Origin: an uncultured Gemmatimonadota bacterium
Lineage (GTDB): Bacteria > GCA-2686955
Length of the DNA: 52,830 nt
Assembly (NCBI GenBank): GCA_964490075.1
Contig: CAZBBK010000038.1
Span: 1-52,830, forward strand
Direction of reading: 5' to 3'
Under the pieces are notes generated by a model. It was given only the letters and a program-made list of their open reading frames with translations, had not been told where the DNA came from and ran no database searches. Positions 1 through 9,425 of the stretch are shown here, piece after piece (position 1 is the first letter of the stretch; the number at the start of each line of letters is the position of its first letter). The translations under genes and the position numbers were made by a program.

Positions 1-33
1 CCGTGATCTGGACACTGGCTCTCCCGAAGGAGA

Positions 34-328
34 GTTCCCTGCTCTGGAGCTCCGGGGCGTGGATTGAGACAGAGAGTACGAGACCCTCCAGGAGTACAAG
101 GATCACCACGATCAGGAAGTTCCCTGCTCTGGAGCTCCGGGGCGTGGATTGAGACATCGGCCGATGCCTGGATGGCGATGGCGCAGTTCTCACCTCGCCT
201 GTTCCCTGCTCTGGAGCTCCGGGGCGTGGATTGAGACTCGACCATCGTATGACCCACGATCGACGTCTCGCCCTTCTCGAGGAAGGACAGGGTTCCCTGC
301 TCTGGAGCTCCGGGGCGTGGATTGAGAC
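34..328 (+). CRISPR. CRISPR array (3' part), 4 identical 37-bp repeats GTTCCCTGCTCTGGAGCTCCGGGGCGTGGATTGAGAC
   Basis: Exact repeats at 34-70, 119-155, 201-237 and 292-328, with unique spacers of 48, 45 and 54 bp. The repeat has a hairpin (GCTCTGG-AGCT-CCGGGGC). The ATTGAGAC 3' end resembles the canonical ATTGAAAC handle, which gives + orientation. Bases 1-33 are probably a partial spacer, so the array likely continues upstream. Confidence 0.97.
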
Positions 329-363
329 AGAGAACTGGCGGTTGACGACCTCGGTGTGGAAGC

Positions 364-500
364 AACAACGTCTTCGACTACCTCGTCGCCCTTCAGCGTC
401 ACCACGAACACGTCAAGCATGAGCCGTCTCGCTGGATGCCCTGGAACTACAGCGAAGCCGTCGCCCAGCTCCTGCCGGACAACGCCCCGCCGGCTGACCC
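364..500 (+). mobile_element. IS66-family transposase C-terminal remnant
   Basis: Frame 1 reads NVFDYLVALQRHHEHVKHEPSRWMPWNY, resembling the NPFDYL...WMPWNY C-terminus of IS66-like transposases. There is an in-frame stop at 343-345 and no N-terminal part. Confidence 0.65.
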
Positions 501-658
501 GCCGCCCCCGCGCCGTCTGGCCCTCTCCCCGCCTCGCCACCGCCGAATCCGGCCCCCGCGCCCCGTCGCGCTTGCTTGCGCACGCTTGCCGAAAGCACAC
601 CGAAGACTCGCGCATGAGCAATGCCGCTCGGTACTCTTGAGTTTTGGATGCCTTGACC

Positions 659-997
659 ATGAGTCGTGGGCGAGCCGCGAACGAAATCGACGAAATCGAG
701 CTAGAGAAGATCGTGAGAGCGATTGTGCGCCTCGTAGAGCCCGAGAAGCTCATTCTCTTCGGGTCCGCGGCGCGCGGCGAAATGACCTCGGATAGCGATC
801 TGGACTTCCTCGTCATCAAGCGCGGCGTCCATCGCCGTCATCTGGCGCGTGAGATTCGCAAGTCCCTGGGGCTCCGGCTCTACCCGATCGACATCCTGGT
901 TGCCCATCCGGAAGATGTGGAGCAGTACGGAGAGTCCCCTTTTCTGGTGTATCGCGCCGCCCTCGAAGAAGGGAGAGTCGTGCATGACGCAGGATGA
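659..997 (+). CDS. Minimal nucleotidyltransferase (MNT) antitoxin-like protein
   Basis: LILFGSAARGEMTSDSDLDFLVI is a Pol-beta NTase GS...DxD motif; ~112 aa. Confidence 0.9.
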   Translation: MSRGRAANEIDEIELEKIVRAIVRLVEPEKLILFGSAARGEMTSDSDLDFLVIKRGVHRRHLAREIRKSLGLRLYPIDILVAHPEDVEQYGESPFLVYRAALEEGRVVHDAG

Positions 998-1072
998 TTC
1001 TCACGATCCGACCACTCCCGCCGCCTGGATGCTCCGTGCCCGGAGCAATCTCGCGATCGCCAGAGCCGGTGC
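984..1072 (+). pseudogene. Truncated HEPN toxin N-terminus (partner of MNT)
   Basis: ATG overlaps the MNT 3' end. MTQDDSHDPTTPAAWMLRARSNLAIARAG resembles HEPN helix 1 (W..RA.S.L..A); similarity ends after ~30 codons. Confidence 0.6.
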
Positions 1073-1074
1073 CG

Positions 1075-1300
1075 GCGGATCCGCGTCGCCCGTCTCGCCC
1101 GCGGCCTGCCGGCCGTGCTCGATGCGTTCGGCAAGGGGCGCGTCCATCTGGCTGGCCTGGCGGTGCTGGGGCCGCATCCGACGGCGGGGAATCACCGCGA
1201 GCTCCGGTCCGCGGCCTCGGGCCTGACGAAGCGGAAGAGCGAGGAGCTGGTGGCCGATCACTTTCCCGGAGCCTCGCCGCCACACCGGCGCAGCTCGATC
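1075..1300 (+). pseudogene. Fragment of DUF222/HNH endonuclease-like protein
   Basis: RIRVARLARGLPAVLDAFGKGRVHLAGLAVLGPHPTAGNHRELRSAASGLTKRKSEELVADHFP resembles the helical region of DUF222-HNH proteins. No start and no HNH domain. Confidence 0.55.
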
Positions 1301-2086
1301 CGGCGCCTACGGGCGACGGTTTCGACGGGCCGGCAGCGGACGGTCGGAGTGGCGGACGCTTCGTCTGGTTTGGATCGTGAGGCGCCGACGGTGAGGACGC
1401 CCGCAGACCGACGACTGCTGCTCAGCTCATCACGAAAGAAGATGCCGAGCCCAACGCTTCGCGCGAAGGGCCGCGAAGTGTTGCTGCCGTGCCGGCGCCG
1501 GTTTCCCTGGCTCCCGAAGCCGACAAGGTCTGGGCCCGAGGCGGCGGCCCGACACCAGCGACCGCTGAACCGTCGCGGGCGGGGCCTTCGCGAACCGGCC
1601 GCCGAGATCGGAGTTGACCGGCAGATGAACAAACGAATCGTCCTTGCCTTGACCATTTCCGAAAGGGGCGAATGGAAAGCCCCCGTCGGAAACGCGCTCT
1701 TGGCCGCCAACTTCGGGATCCGAGATGCCGGTCCCGGACGCCTCCGGTGTTGGCCCGCCGGCGATGAGTGGAGCGGCTCTGTCGCGCCCCCGGCCTCGGG
1801 CTCAGCTACTCGAATCTCCCCAGCCCCATCTACTGGGCGGATGGCATCGCGGGCTTCAAGCCCGGCGACTTGCGCTTCGGCGGGCAAGGAGCTGTGCGGG
1901 TCGCTTGAGATTGAGACACCATCAGGCAAGCGCGAACGGGCTTGTCTCCCCCGCCCCCATCCACTACGCTCCCGCCCTCACGCCTGGAGCCATAATGCTG
2001 ACTCGCCAGCCCCATCCTGAACCGCGACGGAGCGCGAGCGGATGGGCGCCGGCCCGAACCATGCCGCATGAAGGGAAGTCCGCCGG

Positions 2087-5000
2087 ATGGAAGATGTGGA
2101 GCAATCCGCCGCGGAGGCGGTCGAGACCATTACCCGCTGCTGGAAGGAGGCGTTCGAAAACGACGCCCTGTCTTCTGAGAACAGCCCACGTTTCAAACGC
2201 TGGGGGGAGCAGCGCACGACCCACCTGCCGGCCACCCTGCGGATCATCAGCGCCCGCCTCTCGCGCCCCGCGGAGCCCCATCCCGGCCGCCTGATCCTCT
2301 GCATCGGACTGAGCGAGGAGCAGCTCGCTCTCTCGGTAGCCCTGCACGCCCGGCTGGCCGGCGACCTGAGCGTGGTGCCGGTCGGACCGCCCGAGACCTG
2401 GGTGAAGGTCCGCGACGAACTTCGCGAGCTGCTGGCGATCCTCGAGACGGAAGTCCGCTGGGAAGCCGCGATCCACACTTCGCGCGCCGACCCGGCCGAG
2501 GCATTCCGTGCGGTGCTCGGCGCGCTGCGCGAGACCCCCGCCTGGGTCGACACGACCGGTGGGCAGAAGCCGATGTCGAACGGCGCCGCTTTCGCCGCCA
2601 GCTACTTCGGCGCACCCACCGGCTACCTGGGATTCGACGATTACTCGATTCTCCATCGCCGCCCGCTGCCCTGGACCGCGCGCTACGCCTGGCCTTCCCA
2701 GCCCGACGGCGCCTTCGCGCTCGAGCATCGCCGGGCGGTGCTGCGCGCCTACGAGCGCAAGGACTTCGCCAGCGCCAATGCCTTGCTGGAGCAGGCGCTC
2801 CGCTCGGCCAGGCAAAGCGGCTACCTCGATCAGCGCGACGTCGAGCGGCTGGAGAAGGGGCGCGAGCTGATCGAGAGCGCGCGACTCTGGATGAGCGCCC
2901 AGTACCACCGGCTCGGCGTCGATGCGGCCCTGCGGGACTGGTTCGACGCTCAACTGCAATCAGCACCGCAAAGGGACGACGGCGAGTCGTTGGGCGACGC
3001 GCTGAGCGCCCAGCCGAATGTCGCGGTCCCCTATATGGCCGACGAGTACTGGCGAATCGGCCTCCTGCTCGACCTGGGGCAGCAGCGCGAGGCCCTGATC
3101 GCTCTGGCGGGCCTCGCCGAGCTGGCCGGCAACACCGCGTTGAAGATGGTGGCGGGACGAGTGCGGGTCACGTCGATCAGGAGCAACGGTGGCTGGTTCA
3201 GCCCCTCTCGCGCGGTCCTTCCTCCCCATCGCATCCCGCCCGGCACCCTCAGCAAGAAGATGCGGCTTCTGCGAAGAGGCGAATGTACCTGGTCGGCGAA
3301 GCTCCACGAATCGGAGCTCCGCGCGGGTCTGGATCCGACGCTGTCCGTGCCAGAGCCACCGTGGCGCCAGGCCACTCTGAGGCTCACCCTCGCCAACCCC
3401 CCGCTAGGCTGCGACAACGATTGCTGGAGTCGCTCCTTCGCCACGCGGCGCGACGACGACGGATGGAGATGGGTCGACGAACGTCACATGCTCGTCCACT
3501 CACGCGTCCCCTTGCTCGAACCATCTCTGGTCGGCACACCTTTCAAGCGAATCGTGCCCCGGTTGATCGAAGTCTGCTACCGACTCTGGAAAGGCACAGC
3601 CTTGGAGATCGAATCGGCCGGGCGCGACGACTGGTTGACCTGGCGACAGGAGCTCGGCCGCGACCAACGCCTGGCCTGGTTCCAACCCAACGAGCTGAGC
3701 GGAATCCTGGAGATCTCAAGAGCCCGCGCAGGGAACGCAACCCCAATGACCACCCCGAACCCCACCCACCTGGTAGTCACCGACGTGCCGGGCATCCAGA
3801 GCTACCTGATGGCGTCGGTGCGGCTGCGCGAGATTCAGGGCGCCAGCTCGCTGATCTCGGCTCACGACGAGGAGGCGGCCACGCTCGCCGCCGAGCACGG
3901 GGGATTCGTGGTCTACGCCGCGGGCGGTGCCTGCCTGACCCTCTTCCCCTCGAAGGACCATGCGCAGCGCTTCACGCGCGAATTGGAGACCGCGCTGCTC
4001 GACGCCACCCTCACCGCCCGCTTCGCGGCCAGCGACCCGATCGACCTCGAGCAGGCCGGCGGATTCGATCCCGCCCACGCGCTTGCCCGCGCCTCTCTGG
4101 AACACACCAAGCGCTCCGCCGGCGCCTCCTGCGAGCTGCTCACCATGCCGCTGGCCCGGCGCTGCGCCTCCTGCGGCATCGAACCGGCGTCGGAGCGCGT
4201 CGAGCGCGGCGACGAGCACCGCTGGCTGGGTCTGGCCTGCAAGGCCAAGCACGACGCGCGCCGGCGGAGCAGCATCGAGCTGCTGAAGAGCGATCCCGAA
4301 GACGACTCCTGGGCCTGGCTGCAAGAACGTCACGCCCCCGATGATTTCGCCGAGCTGGTCGCTCCCGGCGGCGACCTGGGGATCGTCGTCGCCGACGTCG
4401 ACGGCGCCGGAGCGCGCCTGACCTCCCTGAAGAGCCAGACCGACATCGGCACCTTCTCGAAAGAGCTCTCCAAAGCGGTCCAGCACGCCCTGGCGACCGC
4501 CCTGCGCACGGCCTGCGACAGCGTGCGCGGGAAGGTCGAGGAGAAGAACGCCAAGCTCCCGGTCGAGGTCCTCTTCGCCGGTGGCGACGACCTGCTCCTC
4601 GCCTGCCGCCACGACCTCGCCCTGCCGATCTGCAAGACCCTCTCGGAGACCTTCCACCCGGCCTCCCAATCCCTCCCCGGCGGCCGCCTCGGCATGTCGA
4701 GCGCCGCCGTCATCGTCCGCCCCTCCTTCCCCTTCCGCGCCGGCCACGACCTGGCCAAGCGGCTGCTCGGCCACGCCAAGGACGTCGCCCGAACCAAGGG
4801 CTGGCCCGCCGGAGCGGTCGACTTCGCCGTCGTGACCGAGGCCTCGGCCGACGCCGACCGCCTGCTGGCCGACCGCGAGCACGCGGGCGGCACCGATCGC
4901 CTGGCGCTCACCGGACGCCCCTACCAGGTCGACGGCGTCAACGCCGAAAGATCACTGACCCGGTTCCAGGTCGCCTGCGGACACCTTTCCGGCGAATTCC

Positions 5001-5296
5001 CGCGCGGCAAGCTGGTCGCCCTGCGCTCGCTCGGCAGCGCCAGCGCGCTCGGCCTGGGTCCCGCCACCGATCTCCCCGCCGCGCTGGACGAGATCGACCA
5101 CCGGCTGTCCGAATGGCGCGCCCAGATCCACCGCTCGCGCGACCACGCCGCGGCATGGAAGAAGGCCATGGAAGAGCTGAACGCCGGCGACGGCCTGGTC
5201 CGCCCCACCGACAACGGTGAGGGCGACGGATGGACCCCGGCCCCCGATCTCGCCGACGGCATCGAGCTCTGGGGATTCCGGGAGGAGACGCGATGA
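2087..5296 (+). CDS. cas10: CARF + HEPN-like effector in frame with type III-D Cas10 (HD-less; Cas10 part from ATG 3746)
   Basis: CARF motifs LILCIGLSEEQLALSV and DTTGGQKPMS (2549-2578); RHMLVH R-x4-H motif (3482-3499); Cas10 motifs DVPGIQSYL..RLREIQGAS, RCASCG, VVADVDGAG and FAGGDD (GGDD 4580-4591). No stop between the two parts. Confidence 0.88.
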   Translation: MEDVEQSAAEAVETITRCWKEAFENDALSSENSPRFKRWGEQRTTHLPATLRIISARLSRPAEPHPGRLILCIGLSEEQLALSVALHARLAGDLSVVPVGPPETWVKVRDELRELLAILETEVRWEAAIHTSRADPAEAFRAVLGALRETPAWVDTTGGQKPMSNGAAFAASYFGAPTGYLGFDDYSILHRRPLPWTARYAWPSQPDGAFALEHRRAVLRAYERKDFASANALLEQALRSARQSGYLDQRDVERLEKGRELIESARLWMSAQYHRLGVDAALRDWFDAQLQSAPQRDDGESLGDALSAQPNVAVPYMADEYWRIGLLLDLGQQREALIALAGLAELAGNTALKMVAGRVRVTSIRSNGGWFSPSRAVLPPHRIPPGTLSKKMRLLRRGECTWSAKLHESELRAGLDPTLSVPEPPWRQATLRLTLANPPLGCDNDCWSRSFATRRDDDGWRWVDERHMLVHSRVPLLEPSLVGTPFKRIVPRLIEVCYRLWKGTALEIESAGRDDWLTWRQELGRDQRLAWFQPNELSGILEISRARAGNATPMTTPNPTHLVVTDVPGIQSYLMASVRLREIQGASSLISAHDEEAATLAAEHGGFVVYAAGGACLTLFPSKDHAQRFTRELETALLDATLTARFAASDPIDLEQAGGFDPAHALARASLEHTKRSAGASCELLTMPLARRCASCGIEPASERVERGDEHRWLGLACKAKHDARRRSSIELLKSDPEDDSWAWLQERHAPDDFAELVAPGGDLGIVVADVDGAGARLTSLKSQTDIGTFSKELSKAVQHALATALRTACDSVRGKVEEKNAKLPVEVLFAGGDDLLLACRHDLALPICKTLSETFHPASQSLPGGRLGMSSAAVIVRPSFPFRAGHDLAKRLLGHAKDVARTKGWPAGAVDFAVVTEASADADRLLADREHAGGTDRLALTGRPYQVDGVNAERSLTRFQVACGHLSGEFPRGKLVALRSLGSASALGLGPATDLPAALDEIDHRLSEWRAQIHRSRDHAAAWKKAMEELNAGDGLVRPTDNGEGDGWTPAPDLADGIELWGFREETR

Positions 5297-7500
5297 GCTG
5301 CCAGATCGAGGTCACCTGGTCGCTGCGCTCCGACTTCCACGTCGGAACCGGGATGGGCCTGGGCAGAACGATCGACGACCTCTGCCTGCGCGACTCCGAG
5401 GGCCGCGCCACCATCCCCGGGTCGACCATCAAGGGACTGGTCCGCGACCAGATGCGCATCCTGCGCGCGGCCCTGCCCGCGGTCCCCGAGGAGAGGATCG
5501 CCGACCTGCTCGGCGCTCCCGGCGGAATCGAAGGCGCGGCCGTCTTCGACGACGCCCGGCCGAGCGCCGCCCCGCGCGACCCCGCCCGGCTGCACGGCCG
5601 CAGCGCCCGCGACCGGTCGACCGGCGGTCCCATGAAGAAGGCCCTCTTCCACTACGAGGACGCCGCCGCCGGCACCTTCGAATCGCGCGTCAGCGCCGCG
5701 CGCGACCTCGCCCCCGGCGAGATCGCCCTGCTGGTCACCGCGCTGCGCAAGATCGATGCCCTCGGCGGCCAGCGCCGCCGCGGCAAGGGGCAGGTCGAAG
5801 TGACCGTCCGCGTGGCCCAGCCCGGCTCCCTGCTCGACCGGCTGGAGCTGCCCGACGACGGCACCAGCGGCGCGGGCCTGATCTACCGCCGAATCATGCA
5901 GAAGATCGAGCGCAGCGCCCCCGACCCCTGGGATCGCCCGGAGCCCCCACCGCTCCCCGGCCCACGCCCGATCCCCGGCGCCCCCGACCGCGTCACCCTG
6001 CTGGTCGTCGCCGAAGCCGCCGGCCCCCTCGCCCCGCTGTGGCGCCCGCAGGCCGGCAACGTCATCGACTCGCTCGATCATATCCCCGGCACCAGCCTGC
6101 GCGGCGCCCTGGCGCGCCGCCTCATCCACAGCGGCTGGCACCCATCCAGCGACCCCTTCCAGCGCGCCTTCGTGCGCGACCAGATCTGCTTCGGCCCCCT
6201 CTACCCCGCTCGCGCCTGGCGCGGCGAACACCGCAGCGCCCCCTTCCCCGCCCCGCGCTCCCTGATCACCTGCAGCCGCCTGCCGGGACTCCGCGACGGC
6301 GTCGCCCGCGCCGACCAGGTCCACGGCCTGCGCGACATGCTGCGCGCCCGAAACCCCCTGGCCACCTGCCACTGCGGCGCCCGCATGGCCGGCTGGCCGG
6401 GATGGCTGCAGGTGCGCCGCGAAACCACCGGCCACGCCCTGCAGGACTGCCGCCCGGAGCGCCACACCATTCAGCGCACCGCCATCGACCCCGACACCCA
6501 GCGCGGCGACGATGGCACTCTGCGCGCCACCCGCCGCCTGCCGCGCCGCACCTGGATGGTCGGCTACATCTGGGCCCGTCGCGACCTCGCCGAGATGCTG
6601 CTCGCCACCCTCGGCGACGACCCGATCGACCTGCGCGTCGGCAAGGGCCGGACCCGCGGTCAGGGCGCCCTCTGGGCCCGCGTCTTGCGCCAGGAGCCGC
6701 GCCACGAAAGCTACCCCCTGCTCCTCCCCGCCGGCCACGACCCCGAGCGCCCGAGCGCCGGCGACAAGGGCTTCGCGCTCACCCTCTACAGCGACCTGGT
6801 GGCCGTCGACCGCCTGCTCCGCCCCCTCGCCACCCTCGACCCGCCCGCCCTCTGGGACCTGCTCGGCGGCGACGCCAAGAGCCCCGTCCCCTTCAGCGCC
6901 GGCGCCGCCTTCTCCGGGCAGCGCGAAGTGGCCGGCTTCAACGGCGTCCCCGGCCTGCCGCGCAGCCCCGACACCGTCATCGAGGCCGGCAGCACCTGGT
7001 GGTTCGACTGGCTCCCCGGCACCGAGCCGAAGGCCGTCGAGAACGCCCGCAGGCTGCTCGCCAAGGCCCAGCGCCACGGCCTGGGCCTGCGCCGCGGCGA
7101 AGGCTTCGGCCGCGTCATCGTCGACCACCCCCTGCACGCCGCCGCCGTCGACCAGACCCGACCGGGCGCCTCCCACCAGGTGAGCATCGACTGCGACACC
7201 GACCTCGTCGACGCCGACAGCCGTCTCGAACCCGTCGCCGCCGGCGCCGACAGGCGCCCCGCCCCCCACAGCCCGGTCGCGGTCGACATCAAAGCGTCGG
7301 AGCGCGAGGGATTCGTGCGGCTCCTCCTGGAGCTCGCCCAGGAGCCCGACCCGAGCGCCCGGATCGACCAGATCCTCGCCTCCGATCGCGGCGGCTCCGG
7401 CGGCGCCAAGGCGGTCGCCAAGGCCCTGAAGAAGCTCAGGAGCGCCGGCCCCGAGAAGCTCCTGGCCACCGCCGCCCGCCTGGCATCGCGGGAGAGCTGA
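5293..7500 (+). CDS. csx10: Cas7-Cas5 (Csx10) RAMP fusion, possibly with a C-terminal Cas11-like helical segment
   Basis: ATG 5293 overlaps the cas10 stop. First RAMP: FHVGTG, IPGSTIKG, LGGQRRRGKG. Second: HIPGTSLRGA, RVGKGRTRGQG, GLGLRRGEGFG. The short helical tail as Cas11 is inference only. Confidence 0.85.
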   Translation: MSCQIEVTWSLRSDFHVGTGMGLGRTIDDLCLRDSEGRATIPGSTIKGLVRDQMRILRAALPAVPEERIADLLGAPGGIEGAAVFDDARPSAAPRDPARLHGRSARDRSTGGPMKKALFHYEDAAAGTFESRVSAARDLAPGEIALLVTALRKIDALGGQRRRGKGQVEVTVRVAQPGSLLDRLELPDDGTSGAGLIYRRIMQKIERSAPDPWDRPEPPPLPGPRPIPGAPDRVTLLVVAEAAGPLAPLWRPQAGNVIDSLDHIPGTSLRGALARRLIHSGWHPSSDPFQRAFVRDQICFGPLYPARAWRGEHRSAPFPAPRSLITCSRLPGLRDGVARADQVHGLRDMLRARNPLATCHCGARMAGWPGWLQVRRETTGHALQDCRPERHTIQRTAIDPDTQRGDDGTLRATRRLPRRTWMVGYIWARRDLAEMLLATLGDDPIDLRVGKGRTRGQGALWARVLRQEPRHESYPLLLPAGHDPERPSAGDKGFALTLYSDLVAVDRLLRPLATLDPPALWDLLGGDAKSPVPFSAGAAFSGQREVAGFNGVPGLPRSPDTVIEAGSTWWFDWLPGTEPKAVENARRLLAKAQRHGLGLRRGEGFGRVIVDHPLHAAAVDQTRPGASHQVSIDCDTDLVDADSRLEPVAAGADRRPAPHSPVAVDIKASEREGFVRLLLELAQEPDPSARIDQILASDRGGSGGAKAVAKALKKLRSAGPEKLLATAARLASRES

Positions 7501-7503
7501 GCC

Positions 7504-8892
7504 ATGAACGAGTATCGCTACCTGCTCTCCTGCACCCTCAGCACCCCGGCGCGCATCGGCACCGGCGCCGCCAACCTCTTCACCGACGCCACCCTCCGCC
7601 GCAGCGCCGCCGGCCGACCGGTCGTTCCCGGCACCGGCCTGGCCGGCGCCTTGCGCGCCATCGCCGAGCGGGTCGCCCCCGACGACCCACCCTGCCGAAT
7701 CGCCACCGGTCCCGCTCGGCGCGCCTCCACCCCCTGCCCCTGCCTGGTCTGCGAGCTCTTCGGCAACGTTCGCCCCACCGGCGAGACCGCCCGCGCCTCC
7801 CGCGTCACCGTCCTCGACGCACCGCTCACCCGAGCGCGCACCCGCATCATCGACGGCGTCAGCCTCGACCGCGACCGCGGATCGGCGGCCGACCGGCTGC
7901 GTTTCGACGCCGAGGAGCTGCTGCCCGGCGCCTCCTTCCAGATCGAGCTCCGCGCCCGCGACCTCGACGAGGAGCAGAGCGCCCTGCTGGAGACAGTCCT
8001 CGCGACCGCCAAAGACCAGGGACTGATCCTTGGAGCCCGGGCAGCCGCCGGAATGGGCCGCGTCACCCTCGACGCGATCGAGCGCCGCGGCCGCGACCTG
8101 TCGAACATCGAGCACCTGGTCGCCGCCGCCCGCCACCCCTCTCGCCACTTCTCCGCCTGGCCGCAAGGGGCGGGAGCCGGTCCGCGCACGCACCAGCCCC
8201 TCCCCGCCCCCGCCGTCGTCGCCTTCACCCTCACCTCCCCCGCCCACAGCACCTTCCTGGTCGCCGACCCCACCGAAGCCACCCGCGCCGGCCGGGACCG
8301 CGCCCCCCGCGGCGGCCCGACCACCCCCGAGCTCCCCGGCAGCTCCCTGCGCGGCGCCCTGCGCTCCGCCGCCGAACGGATCCTGCGCACCCTCGGCACC
8401 GGCGCCGCTTGCACCGCCCGCACCCGCAAGGGCCGCTGCGGCCTGCATCGTGGTCGCTGCCTGGCCTGCGAGCTCTTCGGCGACGTCAGCGCCGCATCGC
8501 CGCTGCGCGTCGTCGTCGAAACGCCGGACCGGCACCGCGCCTCTCCCGCCCCCTTCGACCACGTCGCCCTCGACCGCTTCACCGGCGGAGCGCGCGACGC
8601 TCTCAAGTTCGACGCCCTGGCCGCGCGCGGCGCCTCCTTCCAAGTCACCCTCGAGCTGCGCGCGAAACAGGCGCGGCGCCCCTGGATGGCCGGTCTCCTG
8701 CTCCTGGCCCTGGCCGATCTGCACCACGGCCTGGCGACAGTCGGCCACGGCGGCGCCAAGGGTCACGGTTGGATGAGGGTCGATGGCCGACCGCGAATCG
8801 ACGGCATCGACGCGGGGCACCAGCAATGTGTCGACGCGCTCTGGAAGCGCCTCGGTCCGGCGTCCGCGCGGCAGCAGGAGGAGACACAATGA
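7504..8892 (+). CDS. cas7: Double Cas7 (Csm3-like x2) RAMP protein
   Basis: Two RAMP units: VPGTGLAGALR/CLVCELFG/LGARAAAGMG and LPGSSLRGALR/CLACELFG/VGHGGAKGHG. Confidence 0.9.
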   Translation: MNEYRYLLSCTLSTPARIGTGAANLFTDATLRRSAAGRPVVPGTGLAGALRAIAERVAPDDPPCRIATGPARRASTPCPCLVCELFGNVRPTGETARASRVTVLDAPLTRARTRIIDGVSLDRDRGSAADRLRFDAEELLPGASFQIELRARDLDEEQSALLETVLATAKDQGLILGARAAAGMGRVTLDAIERRGRDLSNIEHLVAAARHPSRHFSAWPQGAGAGPRTHQPLPAPAVVAFTLTSPAHSTFLVADPTEATRAGRDRAPRGGPTTPELPGSSLRGALRSAAERILRTLGTGAACTARTRKGRCGLHRGRCLACELFGDVSAASPLRVVVETPDRHRASPAPFDHVALDRFTGGARDALKFDALAARGASFQVTLELRAKQARRPWMAGLLLLALADLHHGLATVGHGGAKGHGWMRVDGRPRIDGIDAGHQQCVDALWKRLGPASARQQEETQ

Positions 8893-9425
8893 GCTGGAGA
8901 GCGTGGACCTGTGATTTGAAGGACGACCAGCTGAACACGCTGGTGGCAAGCGCGGCCTCCCCCGGCCAGTTCTCGACTGGAGCGGCAATCGGGTTCTTCG
9001 AGGGACCGACGCATTGCATCTTCGACCAGGCCCAGTCGGCTCCCCCATCCCACCAGCTCTGGTCCCAGCGGATCTTCGGCGAGCGGGGCGAGCTGGCGGC
9101 GCGGCGGCTCGACCACGAACGGGAAAGACCCTGGCGCGTGCGCTGGATCAGCACCAGCGAGCCCCCGAAGGCAGAGCACTGGAGCCATCCGGTGGAGCTG
9201 GGCGATCCCGACACCAGCCGGGCGCCCCTCTTCGGACGGGGCACGCCGCGGGGAGAGCTGCGTGAGGACCGATTCCGCGCCGCGTTGCCGGCGGGCGGAG
9301 CGCCGATCGCCGAGGGGACCGAGCTCTTCCTCGAGTGTGCCCGGCACCCCGCTCCGGGGGGCGCGTTGCTGCGTTGGAACAAAGTTGTCGCGTCGCATCA
9401 AGAGAAGGTTGGGAGCAATGGCTAG
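8889..9425 (+). CDS. csx19: Csx19-like type III-D subunit
   Basis: ATG 8889 overlaps the upstream TGA. ~178 aa, in the canonical position between double Cas7 and Cas7-insert; RIFGERGEL and LFG motifs. Confidence 0.7.
   Translation: MSWRAWTCDLKDDQLNTLVASAASPGQFSTGAAIGFFEGPTHCIFDQAQSAPPSHQLWSQRIFGERGELAARRLDHERERPWRVRWISTSEPPKAEHWSHPVELGDPDTSRAPLFGRGTPRGELREDRFRAALPAGGAPIAEGTELFLECARHPAPGGALLRWNKVVASHQEKVGSNG

Noticed and set aside
71-291. Self-targeting of spacers within the window
   Set aside because: No matching protospacer was noticed by eye; a proper alignment is needed to exclude it.
190-819. ORFs overlapping the CRISPR array
   Set aside because: Translations of repeats/spacers and of the MNT antisense strand.
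5217-8888. Apparent 1402-aa ORF 5217-9425
   Set aside because: Arg/Pro-rich off-frame read of csx10/cas7. Only the part from ATG 8889 (Csx19-like) looks like real protein.
4921-9048. 1375-aa - strand ORF and other long antisense ORFs (9148-11697, 25905-28679, 29709-31880, 39865-43344, 46834-48648)
   Set aside because: Shadow frames of high-GC genes: no motifs, and they lie opposite well-supported CDSs.
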